IMG/VR virus record: IMGVR_UViG_3300029309_000030
Span: 1-59,587 of that record
Reading direction: 5' to 3' (one strand)
Length of the DNA: 59,587 bases
Source of the DNA: a virus
Lineage: Duplodnaviria > Caudoviricetes
Part shown: piece by piece, positions 29,324-39,477 of the stretch
Layout: each line of letters begins with the position of its first letter
How positions within the stretch are numbered: position 1 is the stretch's first letter
The notes under the pieces: model-generated
Seen by the model: the letters and a program-made list of their open reading frames with translations, nothing else
What the model was told of the DNA's origin: nothing
The model's database searches: none
Translations under genes and position numbers: made by a program

Positions 29324-31072
29324 CTAAGCCCCTCTTGGGTTTCTAGCATCTAATATATTTTGACTAGCCTGTTGAACCCCAGTGGGTTGGGGGCCTCTTT
29401 GTTGAACGCTTGACATCGGGGCACCAGCGCCCATACTGGTTCTATTTTGAGGACTTGCTGGGCCTCTATTTCTAAGTCCCATACCTTCTCCACCGGGCTG
29501 AGACATACCCATTTGCGCTTGTCTAGCCATTTGAGCAGCGCCTTGAGGACTAATATTACGGCTTGGAAGCGCACCCGGAGTACCCATGCCGCCACCCATT
29601 TGCATGCCGCCCATAGGCATACCCTGTGGAGGTGGCTGTTGAGCAGGGTCAACTGGGTCAGGTTGCTTATAGATAAAGCGAATATCACGATTTGCATCTT
29701 CGGATAGTGTAGGCTTGTAACCCATCATCATCATTCTTTGTGCAATATTGACTTCCATCTCATCACGGCGTAGTCGAGTAACTTCATCTTCTTCTTCGTT
29801 TGGATACAATGTTAGTTTCCAATCTGTGACATCCAGTTCTTCCATTAGTCTTGGGAACAAGTGGTCGGTGTATACTTTGTGACCAAACTCTACTGCTCTA
29901 TTAGTGACTAATATCTGCATACCTTCGTTGTTTAGTCCACCGGATTTACCAGTGTCCATCATAAATACATTAGATACGCCATAGAAAGCAGCGATTCTTT
30001 GTCGCATCTCGTCTCTTGCAGGTATATATTGCATCTCTTCAAGACTGTCCATTAGTTTGACCCAGTTAATACCGCCTCTACCACTACCAGATTCAATACC
30101 AATCTTAGGTATATAATGCGGGTCACGCTCTAACTTTTCGTCGGTAGCCTTGAAAAACGACTTCATAGACTCAAGATTATCAGTGGTAACGCTCAATATA
30201 CCTCTTGGTATTCTACGCTTTGAATAAGCAGTGTACATGTAATTATCCATCGCTGTCAAAGTCATGGCTTGTCGCCAAAGAGTAGACACTGGGCTTCTAC
30301 CGTATAGTTTGGAAGGTTGATATTTACTAACATGTATTACCTCGCCTTGCAAATAATATTGGGTTTTACCGCTTCCAGCAGTATTGACATGGTGTACATC
30401 AAGCATTTCTGTGCCACATGTAGGACAACTCTTGTTGTCTTCTGAGTACGACTTAACTTCATTACGATGAATAGGGCAAACTCTGAATCGACCTCCTCTT
30501 ACACCACGCTTGTCAGCAATAATACGCATAAAGATAGGGTCACCTCTAACAATTTCTTTGATTCTGTAAAACGCTAACTCGTTTGTTTCTGGGTCCATAT
30601 AATATTCTTTGATAAGAATCAAGAATGCATCGTCTGTAATATTCAAATCGTATTCTACTTCCCTAAGTACATCCATAAAGGTCTGCTCCATAGAGTTTCT
30701 TTGCTCGATTAACCAACGAGGATATACTAATTGGTCAGGGTTAGGTTCTGCTAAGTTTGTATCGCCGCATTCTCTGCATTCGTCGACATCGTGCTGGAAC
30801 TCAGCATCACAAGAAGTACATTTCTTTTGGAATTTCTTTTCCCAGTAGTAACCACGACGAAATATTTCTTGTTGAAGTGTAGAAAGAACGGTTCTAAGAA
30901 TAAGGTTTTCATTAGCAACTGCGTACAATGCAGGTATAGTGATACCCTGTACTAACACAGGCTCTTGTATACCTGTAGTCCAAAGCGGCATCTGTGGCTC
31001 TGGTGTCCTTCTTCTTCGGAACGGATTGCCGATTGATTCTATGAGTTTACCTATTCTGCCCTTTTCTGCCAT
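29324..31072 (-). CDS. Portal protein with zinc-ribbon insertions
   Basis: EVIHVSKYQPSKLYGRSPV, RIPRGIL, RQRIAAFYGVS are portal-like. CTSC..CREC and CPIH..CPTC inserts. Likely start MAEKG at 31072 (track start 31090). Confidence 0.8.
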   Translation of the reverse strand: MAEKGRIGKLIESIGNPFRRRRTPEPQMPLWTTGIQEPVLVQGITIPALYAVANENLILRTVLSTLQQEIFRRGYYWEKKFQKKCTSCDAEFQHDVDECRECGDTNLAEPNPDQLVYPRWLIEQRNSMEQTFMDVLREVEYDLNITDDAFLILIKEYYMDPETNELAFYRIKEIVRGDPIFMRIIADKRGVRGGRFRVCPIHRNEVKSYSEDNKSCPTCGTEMLDVHHVNTAGSGKTQYYLQGEVIHVSKYQPSKLYGRSPVSTLWRQAMTLTAMDNYMYTAYSKRRIPRGILSVTTDNLESMKSFFKATDEKLERDPHYIPKIGIESGSGRGGINWVKLMDSLEEMQYIPARDEMRQRIAAFYGVSNVFMMDTGKSGGLNNEGMQILVTNRAVEFGHKVYTDHLFPRLMEELDVTDWKLTLYPNEEEDEVTRLRRDEMEVNIAQRMMMMGYKPTLSEDANRDIRFIYKQPDPVDPAQQPPPQGMPMGGMQMGGGMGTPGALPSRNISPQGAAQMARQAQMGMSQPGGEGMGLRNRGPASPQNRTSMGAGAPMSSVQQRGPQPTGVQQASQNILDARNPRGA

Positions 31073-32391
31073 TAAAATTCCTCCAGCCAATTAACTACTG
31101 TATCACGGTCTACATCCCACTTCATTAGTAACTTGTCGCCCTTGGCAGTACCTTCCGCATTAGTATACTGTAGAAACTTCTTGACTTTACCCTTTGTGTC
31201 TTTGTTATCAGAGTTGACATAAGTTATCATAGCCTTAGCCAAGTCTCCCTTTATTCTCAAGTTAGGATAGATATTTTGTAAAAACTGAGCAACATCTTCT
31301 GATTTCAAAAATGTAACTCGGTGTTGAGATTGCTCGGAGTCTTGGTATACCTTTTGGTCAAGTTGTAAAGTTCCAAATCCTATACCTTTGTACAACTGTT
31401 CACAATGCATCCTACCCGCTTTACCTTTGGTAACCAAACCAACCTTGGGCTCACCACGGTCTGATATGTTTACATAACCGTTAGAATCAAAGAAACCAGC
31501 AGCATAAGACCAAGGGTCTTTGATAACAAGACCGTCTCGGTCTATACACATATATTCGCCTTTACGGTGAGCCTTGACTATGTTTATTTCTTCGCCATAC
31601 ATATTAAGAAGTTTAGACAGTCTGTTAGAATTCAGTCTTGGTACGCCCTTTTCTATGAGATTTTCAGTAATCGCTCTAGCAGACATTGAGCCGTGATTAC
31701 TTACTTCTTCTTTAGCGAGCCTCATCCATTTCTGCTGCTCTTTGGAAAGGTTGTCGATTTGATGTAGCGAACTCTTCCACATCTTACGAGCGTCTTGTTT
31801 AGTTTCCATAGCGTTAACCCAAGCCATTTTTTCTTCTTCGCCCCAAACATCTTCAAACTCGTCTAACTTAGCAAGTGCATCTTCTGCGCTTTCCCATAAA
31901 TTACAAGCACGAAGTAGACTAGATTGTCTGGATTTGCCAAATAATCTAAGCGAGCGTAGGTCTTTGTCGGCTAATCCCATTTTTCTCATAGTATCGTAAT
32001 GAGGTTTACCCCAAGATATCATGGCTAGAGTTGCATCTACTTCTGCACTTTTGAGGGCCCTAACATTGGATATGATATTGTCAATCTCGTCCTTACTGTC
32101 CTTCATGACTCTTCTTGCTTTTCGCAAATCTTTGATGATTTCGTTAGCACTTTTACCAATTCTATCTTCAAACCAACCGTCACCAGTAGGTGCAAAAGGC
32201 GCGTACTGCGGCTCAGGTAACCTTTCTTCTTCAAACATTACAGTCTGAGAAGCAATCGACTTGGCCACTGTTTCGTCTACTCTCGGATGTGCCATGAGAT
32301 TGATTGCTATATCGTTAAGAATACTGTGACCCATGTCTATGGCATGATTAGTGTTTGTTACATTTAGACTCGGCCACATAATACTCTCCAA
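31072..32391 (-). CDS. Protein with C-terminal LAGLIDADG-like domain
   Basis: WSYAAGFFDSNGYVNI followed by GFGTL...HRVTF...FLQNIYPNLRIK, typical of a LAGLIDADG fold; helical N-terminal part. Confidence 0.65.
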   Translation of the reverse strand: MESIMWPSLNVTNTNHAIDMGHSILNDIAINLMAHPRVDETVAKSIASQTVMFEEERLPEPQYAPFAPTGDGWFEDRIGKSANEIIKDLRKARRVMKDSKDEIDNIISNVRALKSAEVDATLAMISWGKPHYDTMRKMGLADKDLRSLRLFGKSRQSSLLRACNLWESAEDALAKLDEFEDVWGEEEKMAWVNAMETKQDARKMWKSSLHQIDNLSKEQQKWMRLAKEEVSNHGSMSARAITENLIEKGVPRLNSNRLSKLLNMYGEEINIVKAHRKGEYMCIDRDGLVIKDPWSYAAGFFDSNGYVNISDRGEPKVGLVTKGKAGRMHCEQLYKGIGFGTLQLDQKVYQDSEQSQHRVTFLKSEDVAQFLQNIYPNLRIKGDLAKAMITYVNSDNKDTKGKVKKFLQYTNAEGTAKGDKLLMKWDVDRDTVVNWLEEF

Positions 32392-32408
32392 CTTTTGGTG
32401 TCATTTAA

Positions 32409-33890
32409 TTATATCGTGAACCAAGATGCACCTGCTACATTTCTTTGTGAAACATCACCAAACCAATCATTGAATCCGTCGAGGTAATCATCAAGCATAA
32501 CCATAGTACCCTTGAATTCTTTAGTAGCCCAGTTAGCCAAAGCCAGACCCATGGCTAAGTCATCATGAGTACCTACTGACTCTAGTCTACCGTTCTTTTG
32601 CATACCGAATCTACTCAATTGCGTTTCAAGAGCACGAGTAAACTCTTTGCTTCTTTCGTCGCCCCAAGGTGTTTTTATCTTACCTTGCTCAAAAGCCATC
32701 AGTAGAGACATAAACATACTCTCTTTCTTTTGACGAGTAGTCATAAATGTCTTGATAGGAATGTCGTCACGCATTTCTTTCAGTTCCGCCTCAAACATTC
32801 TTTGGAAGTTGTTACCTTCAAGTTCGATAAGGTCTGGTCTAAATCGACTGTTGAGCATAATTATCTTTCTTTTTTGTGCGTTGCTACCTAATCCCTTTTC
32901 ATTAACTATATGTATCAATTGCTTTTCGTCACCTTCTGGTAACATCCTCAACACAACCATAGCGGTGTAATCAGCATTTGCATCTGACGCAATAGCCGGG
33001 TCCCAGCCGATAAAGTGCTGACCGAACACACCAGACGGGTCGCCGTTTTCATCAAACTCTTGTTCTGCTTTGTCAATCAAAATCAAATCTTTGTCCCTTG
33101 CTTTTTCTAACAAAGTCATCGGGAACATACTCGACATGTCGTGAATAGGCTCACAAAGATACTCACGAGCGAACTTAATGGCTGGCATCGACTCTTCTCG
33201 TACCTTTAGTGCATCCAGTGGCCATCTACCGGGCCAAAGAGGTTCACCGTTGGGCAATATAGCAGGGTATGTCTCGACCCTAAATGCAGGCTTGTCCTCT
33301 AATTCAGCATACAGGTCGTTGTAACTGAACGGTGTGCCAACCATCATCAGTCTACCTGTGTGGTGCAGAACCGGAAGTAGAACAGTATAGAACCAGTCAG
33401 CGGCTCTTTGTAATTCAGAACTAGTAGTACCCCACAAAATATCGTCACATACTACAACATCAGGGTGGAAACCACGAGTAGCACCACCAACTGACTTAGC
33501 CATGATACGGCTACCATTAGTGAATTCAAAGTAAGACTTAGCCCAAGGCTTACCTGTTGGCTTTAATTCTTTCAAAATATCAGCGCTTTCGATGTTGTTA
33601 CGGATGAATCGCATGTGTTCAAGCGTCTGCTCAAGGCTGTGACTGAATACCATGATGTGAGTATTGGGGTTAAAAGCAGCCAACCAAAGTGCATAAGACA
33701 TAAAAAATACTGATTTACCATGGTCACGGCTTGCTTTGACGCAGTATCTTCTACTTTCACTTAGACCTGCTAACCAATCTCGGTGGTGGTTTGAAAAATC
33801 AAACTCTAAGATTTCAGTAAAGAAATACTTGAATGACTTTTTGGACATCTCTATGTCCATGTCTCGGATGAGGTTGTTGACATCACTCAA
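32409..33890 (-). CDS. terL: Terminase large subunit
   Basis: Walker A ASRDHGKS, RGFHPDVVVCDD (Walker B), VGTP motif, nuclease GWDPA and HDDLAMG. Confidence 0.92.
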   Translation of the reverse strand: MSDVNNLIRDMDIEMSKKSFKYFFTEILEFDFSNHHRDWLAGLSESRRYCVKASRDHGKSVFFMSYALWLAAFNPNTHIMVFSHSLEQTLEHMRFIRNNIESADILKELKPTGKPWAKSYFEFTNGSRIMAKSVGGATRGFHPDVVVCDDILWGTTSSELQRAADWFYTVLLPVLHHTGRLMMVGTPFSYNDLYAELEDKPAFRVETYPAILPNGEPLWPGRWPLDALKVREESMPAIKFAREYLCEPIHDMSSMFPMTLLEKARDKDLILIDKAEQEFDENGDPSGVFGQHFIGWDPAIASDANADYTAMVVLRMLPEGDEKQLIHIVNEKGLGSNAQKRKIIMLNSRFRPDLIELEGNNFQRMFEAELKEMRDDIPIKTFMTTRQKKESMFMSLLMAFEQGKIKTPWGDERSKEFTRALETQLSRFGMQKNGRLESVGTHDDLAMGLALANWATKEFKGTMVMLDDYLDGFNDWFGDVSQRNVAGASWFTI

Positions 33891-34972
33891 GCCTCAACCT
33901 CCGACTCAAAATTCCTCAATTTATTTTCAATGCCGGTTCGCAACATACTAGATGGTGGTTGTTGTCCTCCCTCTTCCTCATCAGATTCCGGTTTCATCTG
34001 GTTGTATGTATCCATAGGGGTGTTAACTCTAGTGTTCGGAGGTATTGGTTCTTCCTTGGCATCGGCAGCACCCATGTCGTCAGAAGGAGGCGGTATATTA
34101 CGCATGGCGGTCATTGCATCCCCACTTCCCACTACACCTATTTTTTTACCGGCTACATTTACAATAGGTCGTTCAGATTGAGAAGGCTTCGTCACATTTA
34201 CATCCCCTTCTTGAGGCATAACAGTTTGTAACTCTTGTTCTATATCCGCCATCAGTTCGGGATTTTGAAGAGCAAACTGATTGGGTAATTCTACTTGCGG
34301 CTGAGGCAAATTAATCATTTCTGGAACATCTATTCTATTTCCTAGTTGTGCACCTGCCATTCCCAACTGCTTAATGTTGCCCAAAATACCTTGACCTTGT
34401 TGCAAAGTTAAGTCTTCTGGTCTTTCTCCAAGCATTCCGCCAGCCATATTGAACACTTCTTGACCCAAAGCAGCGTTTCTAGCAGCCCTTTCGTCAGCAA
34501 GTCTTCTTTGCACATTTGCTTCATACAATTCTTGTTCTTGCTGACCAGCAGTCATAAAGTTACCACCAGTTAACCTGTCGAACATACCTCTTTGTCTTGC
34601 CTCAGCAGGGGATTCTTGTGACCTATAAGCAGCGTATTGATTAGCGAGGTCTGCTGCTCTGTTGGCTCTTATTTTTTCTCTGCGACCTGACAACCCTCTT
34701 CTTAAACCACGAGCGTCTCTAGCACCTTCAAACATACCATATCTTATGTTGTTGATTAACTGGGACAAAGAATTTACTGGTTGAGTAAGAGCCAAACCAG
34801 CACCTGCTGCACCGCCTAAAATACCAGCCAACCTTTCTCCTCTTACAGGTGCACCTTCTTTTGTAGAAGGAGTCGATAATAACACTGGGTTACCAAAAGC
34901 ATCGAAAGCATAATTACTTTTGACTAACACCTTACCGGGAAGAGCAGACTTAACTAATACTCTTCCCATCAC
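33887..34972 (-). CDS. Hypothetical low-complexity protein (possible internal virion protein)
   Basis: 361 aa; starts with doubled VLVKS...VLVKS; Gly/Ala hydrophobic stretch. Confidence 0.6.
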   Translation of the reverse strand: MMGRVLVKSALPGKVLVKSNYAFDAFGNPVLLSTPSTKEGAPVRGERLAGILGGAAGAGLALTQPVNSLSQLINNIRYGMFEGARDARGLRRGLSGRREKIRANRAADLANQYAAYRSQESPAEARQRGMFDRLTGGNFMTAGQQEQELYEANVQRRLADERAARNAALGQEVFNMAGGMLGERPEDLTLQQGQGILGNIKQLGMAGAQLGNRIDVPEMINLPQPQVELPNQFALQNPELMADIEQELQTVMPQEGDVNVTKPSQSERPIVNVAGKKIGVVGSGDAMTAMRNIPPPSDDMGAADAKEEPIPPNTRVNTPMDTYNQMKPESDEEEGGQQPPSSMLRTGIENKLRNFESEVEA

Positions 34973-36834
34973 TTTAGCCCCCTTAGAAATCCGTCAAAGT
35001 ATCCAATCTTTTTCTTGATTGCATCCATCCCACTGGCTACATCGAAGGAGCGATTCATTATGAAACCATTGTCACCAAATGTTAACTGATTGTCAGGTAT
35101 ACCTTGAGGATAGCCCCTGCTACCCAGTGCTCTTCTTGTCAAATCTGCTGGATTACTTGACTGAACCTGCAATGGGGGTGCTGGTAAATCAATCATCGAA
35201 GGAACTTGCGGAGGCATGGCGGGGGCAGTAGTTTCGGGTCTTGGATAAGATGGCTCTACACGGGCTTCGTCTCCAGTAGGTGCCATCTCGTGTTCACCAA
35301 GCGCTATACGGTCATGGCCATCTGGCCCCCAGTGGTCAGGTGCAGCGTAGTGCGGGAACTCCGGCATAGGAGTAGCAATACTTTGTGTCGCAGCGTCTGT
35401 CGGTATCTCGCCTAAAGAGAATCTTTCGTGCCCAGTAATGTCCATCATACCGGCAATCAGACCTTCAACATCTCGTCTTAGGCCCTCTTTTGGTCCTCGA
35501 TATGCTCTTTCGTAATGATTTACTTTCGATTCTCGCATCTGTCTGGCTATCTGTTCTTTAGCCTCTTCTTGACCCATGCCTTGTGCTATCAATTTACCTG
35601 CGGCGTTACTCATGTGCGCCCCTATCTTTCTAGCAACCAGATTAGCCCTTTTGTGAAAATTAGTTTTTTCGTGACTAGGTGCTCGCTCGATGTGATTTCT
35701 ATGTAGACTATATGTTTCGTCATCGTGATGAGAATCTATATCGTTAAGTAAGCCCCTAGTCAACATTTTTACTGACCCCTTACCCGAATCGCTATTGATA
35801 TTGTGAGTGTCTTGGAACAAAAGTTTCATAGCCCTAGTGCTAGCGATTTCATTTAAGTCTTCATCACTATAATTGTGACTTAGTCCCATACCTTCAAGTT
35901 CCTCTCGTAGCCTTTCACCTGACAATCCACCTGCGGCTATGTTGAAAGAAGCAGGATAATAAAAAGAATCAGGTAACAATTCGGCAATCTGATGAGCATG
36001 TATTTCTGGATGCATCCTTTGGTCACTGATTTGTTGCACTTGCTCGTCACTAAGATATTGATTAGGTAGTATACCTGTTTTCAAGTATTCTTTACCGTCT
36101 CTCGGAGATATAGACTGAACCAATCCACCAGAAAGTGAACCCGGCTTCAAACCGTTGTATTGAACATAGTTCAAACCGTTGACAACATCAGCAGGTGCAC
36201 CTAACTCTTGTAACACCTCACCAATTTCTTGGTTCATGTGAATAAGACCGCTGTCTATCCATCGACCAGTTGCGCCGCCCTCAACATTACCTTGGTTGTA
36301 AGCGTAAGTAATCAAAGGTCTTGGGCCACCGGGTTGTTGAGGTTCACCTCTTCTGGCTTTTCTCATGTGAGTTTCCATATTGTGCTCGTACCAAGGGCCA
36401 ACATGCACTTTACGCCACTGATTACTGTTGAAATCAGGCAAAGTATGTTGGCTGTCATCACCATATTCATCTTGATGCTTCTGATTATATCTGTCGATAG
36501 ACATTTGTAAAACATACTTGGCTTCTTCTGGAGTAAGTTTAAACCGCCTTACTAAGTCATCTCTTACGAAATCAATGGTGTGCTTACCGCCCGGTAACAA
36601 TTCTCCTGTTTCAGGGTGATGATTCCAAGGTGGGTGGTCAGGCTCTTCCGGGTCTTGGCTTATACCGGCATCCGTTGGTGCCCAACCGTGAGGTACTTGT
36701 CCTCCATCACCAACAAAAGTAAGACCAAATGATTTCAATAAAGGCTTGAAGTAAGCCTTGTGGAAATCATCGCTGCCAAAAACCAACAACTTAGGTTTAG
36801 TGTAGTTGACAGGAAAATGTATCTTAAACATCAA
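34969..36834 (-). CDS. Hypothetical protein (possible internal virion protein)
   Basis: 621 aa, translationally coupled to both neighbours. Confidence 0.65.
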   Translation of the reverse strand: MMFKIHFPVNYTKPKLLVFGSDDFHKAYFKPLLKSFGLTFVGDGGQVPHGWAPTDAGISQDPEEPDHPPWNHHPETGELLPGGKHTIDFVRDDLVRRFKLTPEEAKYVLQMSIDRYNQKHQDEYGDDSQHTLPDFNSNQWRKVHVGPWYEHNMETHMRKARRGEPQQPGGPRPLITYAYNQGNVEGGATGRWIDSGLIHMNQEIGEVLQELGAPADVVNGLNYVQYNGLKPGSLSGGLVQSISPRDGKEYLKTGILPNQYLSDEQVQQISDQRMHPEIHAHQIAELLPDSFYYPASFNIAAGGLSGERLREELEGMGLSHNYSDEDLNEIASTRAMKLLFQDTHNINSDSGKGSVKMLTRGLLNDIDSHHDDETYSLHRNHIERAPSHEKTNFHKRANLVARKIGAHMSNAAGKLIAQGMGQEEAKEQIARQMRESKVNHYERAYRGPKEGLRRDVEGLIAGMMDITGHERFSLGEIPTDAATQSIATPMPEFPHYAAPDHWGPDGHDRIALGEHEMAPTGDEARVEPSYPRPETTAPAMPPQVPSMIDLPAPPLQVQSSNPADLTRRALGSRGYPQGIPDNQLTFGDNGFIMNRSFDVASGMDAIKKKIGYFDGFLRGLK

Positions 36835-38201
36835 CCTACTCTCCCACTACCTCTTGCTGCAAACATAGTGGAAGGTGCGCCCCAACTGTCAGGTAAATCA
36901 ATAGTGTCAGTACCACCAGTTGGTTTAGTTGTTTTATTTTGCGCCTCCATATGACCTGCCTCTCTATTATTACCGTGACCGCCTTGCTTGGCGGCCTTTA
37001 GTCTGCGCTCTTGTCTTTCAACTGAATTTTTCAATTGAGAAAGCAATCTTCTAATTTGATTAAATTTCATATAGTCGACTTTCTTTTTGAGGGCTTCGAT
37101 GTCCTTTCTAAGCAAGTTGGTTGATTTAGATAACTTTTGACCTCGAAGTTTAGGTTCGCCCGGCTCTCTAATAGGTCTACCTTTAGGAGAAGATAATTTG
37201 TGAGGTTTTGGATTATATCTACTTTCTGGACCAAGAGCATGACCGGCTTGTGCTTGTGGTACATTTGCTAGTAATTGTCGCTTTTGTTGAGTACCTAACT
37301 GTTGGTCGTAATCTCTAGGAAACAAACGAAGCGGTTGCTTTGTCTTGATACCGAGGTGAGAATAATCTACACTATGAGGGCTCAAATCAAGTCCTCTGTT
37401 TTTCATAGGTGACATCTGACGAGATGTTCTTTTGGCTCTACGAGTATTGGCAGTAGTAATATCAGCGCCACCGGGTTGAATTTCAAACTGCTCTCTTGAA
37501 AACGGTTTTTGCTCTTTACCTTTTATCTTGTCAAGTCTGCTCTTAGTCAAACTAGACCAAGCATTATCCATTGGCTCACCTGTAGTAAAATAATCAGGAT
37601 TGCCGTAAGCAGTAGGTGGAAACTTGTCAGTTTCTCTTGTTTCTATTACATTTTCGTCTGCCAGTCGTCTATAACGATTAATATCTATGTCTGGATTATA
37701 TGTGGCTCTAGGAATTTTTTTCGGCTTAGTGAATTTCTTAGGGTCAGGCTTTTCATCGTCTTCCTCGTCTTCTTTCATTAAAGTAGACCAAGCATCTTCC
37801 ATGGGTTCACCAGTGGCAAGCATACCACCGGGTTGAGGCATTGTACCTGTAGCGTTGCCAATACTGAGATTACCCATGTCAGGCATTCCTGTCATAGCAC
37901 CGAACTGTTGACCTTCGTTAAACTGGTCATCCATCATAAGAGGGTCATCTTCCTCTTCCATCAAACCGGGAAGTTGAGGTATTTCTGGCTTAGGTACAGA
38001 TAATTGTAAATGAGGCAGTTGAGACATTTCGCTTGGCTTATCTTTTTCAGCCATTTTTTTATCTTTAATTTCCTCCATATGTTCGGGGTCACCGACACCA
38101 TACTTGTAGTCATCATCGTCTTTTGAGTAGCCCATATTAGATTCACTTCGAGGACTGTACATCCTAGTATCTGAACCTGTAATCATTGGCATTTTTCTCA
38201 A
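36831..38201 (-). CDS. Hypothetical protein with two internal TGEPMxxAWSxLxK repeats
   Basis: ATGEPMEDAWSTLMKE and TTGEPMDNAWSSLTKS; acidic N-half, basic C-half. Confidence 0.65.
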   Translation of the reverse strand: MRKMPMITGSDTRMYSPRSESNMGYSKDDDDYKYGVGDPEHMEEIKDKKMAEKDKPSEMSQLPHLQLSVPKPEIPQLPGLMEEEDDPLMMDDQFNEGQQFGAMTGMPDMGNLSIGNATGTMPQPGGMLATGEPMEDAWSTLMKEDEEDDEKPDPKKFTKPKKIPRATYNPDIDINRYRRLADENVIETRETDKFPPTAYGNPDYFTTGEPMDNAWSSLTKSRLDKIKGKEQKPFSREQFEIQPGGADITTANTRRAKRTSRQMSPMKNRGLDLSPHSVDYSHLGIKTKQPLRLFPRDYDQQLGTQQKRQLLANVPQAQAGHALGPESRYNPKPHKLSSPKGRPIREPGEPKLRGQKLSKSTNLLRKDIEALKKKVDYMKFNQIRRLLSQLKNSVERQERRLKAAKQGGHGNNREAGHMEAQNKTTKPTGGTDTIDLPDSWGAPSTMFAARGSGRVG

Positions 38202-38202
38202 C

Positions 38203-38904
38203 TCACAATAAATCCATTATGTCTTCATCTATTTTACCGTCTGCTTGTGCAAGTAAACCGGCTTTGACTCGCTTCCAAGTTTCGGGGCTCTCCTTACCTA
38301 ACTCCACTTTAAGCACATTGATAGTATTGTTGGCAATATTCTGTGTTGGCTCTGCCCATTTTTCTTGGTAAGTCGTTAAATCTTTGAGAGTTTCTCTTAC
38401 CTCTTTATGCAACCTAACCATATCAGATATGACACCGTCATCATGTATGCTTGTTTCTTCCATAAACTGTGCAAGTTTACCGTTTAAGCCTTGTACATTG
38501 TTTCGCAATATATTAACTTCCTCTCCTACTTTTATAGATACAAGAGCGGTAGAACTTTTCTTTACCAAGGGTTGGAAATGGTGCTTCATATGTCGATAAA
38601 CTGCTTCTTCACTACACTCTAATTGTTGAGCAATTTCTTCTGTGGTGATATTACCTTCAAAGTAATCTACTTCTAATATTCTTCTGTTATCGTCAGTGCA
38701 TACTTTACACGAATGATTTGCACCCTCGTGGTATTCACCTACATGATTTTTCATGTGTCGTTCTGCGGTATTGGCTCTCCAACCCATATCTTTGTCCAAA
38801 ACTTGAGGGTTAGCAATGCCGTCAATGATGTTCTGCTCTAACATTTCACGGTCACCGTGTTGACAAAAAGGACATGACCGTTTAGTCTGACGCTGACCCG
38901 CCAT
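38203..38904 (-). CDS. Putative terminase small subunit / Zn-HTH DNA-binding protein
   Basis: Two repeats of CxxC...HxxxH with HTH-like spacing plus a C-terminal coiled coil; heads the operon that ends in terL. Confidence 0.5.
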   Translation of the reverse strand: MAGQRQTKRSCPFCQHGDREMLEQNIIDGIANPQVLDKDMGWRANTAERHMKNHVGEYHEGANHSCKVCTDDNRRILEVDYFEGNITTEEIAQQLECSEEAVYRHMKHHFQPLVKKSSTALVSIKVGEEVNILRNNVQGLNGKLAQFMEETSIHDDGVISDMVRLHKEVRETLKDLTTYQEKWAEPTQNIANNTINVLKVELGKESPETWKRVKAGLLAQADGKIDEDIMDLL

Positions 38905-38913
38905 AGAAAGCCC

Positions 38914-39300
38914 ATGGTATTTACACGGATAACCCTTTTGAACAAGAAGCCCCAGTCAAGATGTATGAAACTGCCTAGAATACAGCCTAAAATTATGGGC
39001 GTACCCGTTTCTATAGAGACTGCTAGAAATCTAGCAAAGGCTGGTAGAGACATAGCAATGAAAAGATATGTTCCAGATGATGTGAAAAGAAGCAGAATGG
39101 AACATTGCATGATATGTCCAAGTTGGGAACACAGAAGTAACAGATGTTTAGAGTGCGGTTGTCAAATGAGAGTAAAAACTAGTCTCACATCAAGTGAGTG
39201 CCCTCTTGGAAAGTGGGGTAGATTAGTAATATTAAATACTGGAAATTCTGCTATAGATGCCGCCGAGCATAAAGAAAGCGCCGAACAAACCAGCAACTAG
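38914..39300 (+). CDS. Small Cys-rich protein (CxxC..CxxCGC..CPLGKW; DUF6171-like)
   Basis: CMICPSW...CLECGCQMRVKT...CPLGKW; the only credible plus-strand gene in the late arm; real start probably MKLPRI. Confidence 0.6.
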   Translation: MVFTRITLLNKKPQSRCMKLPRIQPKIMGVPVSIETARNLAKAGRDIAMKRYVPDDVKRSRMEHCMICPSWEHRSNRCLECGCQMRVKTSLTSSECPLGKWGRLVILNTGNSAIDAAEHKESAEQTSN

Positions 39301-39477
39301 GTAAGCCATAGTATCACTACTCAGATTATCAGCACCTGTGACTAAAATAAGACCAAGTGTAACTATTATCGCTAGTAATTGAACCATGACCATATCAATG
39401 ATAACACTTTTCATAGGAGAAAATATGCCCATGGCAGTGTTTGAAATGCTGTAAAGTGGATTATTATCTATCATCAT
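39232..39477 (-). CDS. Small membrane protein (2 TM)
   Basis: Two hydrophobic segments: IIDMVMVQLLAIIVTLGLILV and AYLVAGLFGAFFMLGGIY. Confidence 0.65.
   Translation of the reverse strand: MMIDNNPLYSISNTAMGIFSPMKSVIIDMVMVQLLAIIVTLGLILVTGADNLSSDTMAYLVAGLFGAFFMLGGIYSRISSI

Noticed and set aside
31072-33890. Intein or intron-associated homing endonuclease splitting terminase or portal
   Set aside because: terL and portal ORFs look complete, no intein splice motifs are evident, and the LAGLIDADG-like ORF is free-standing.
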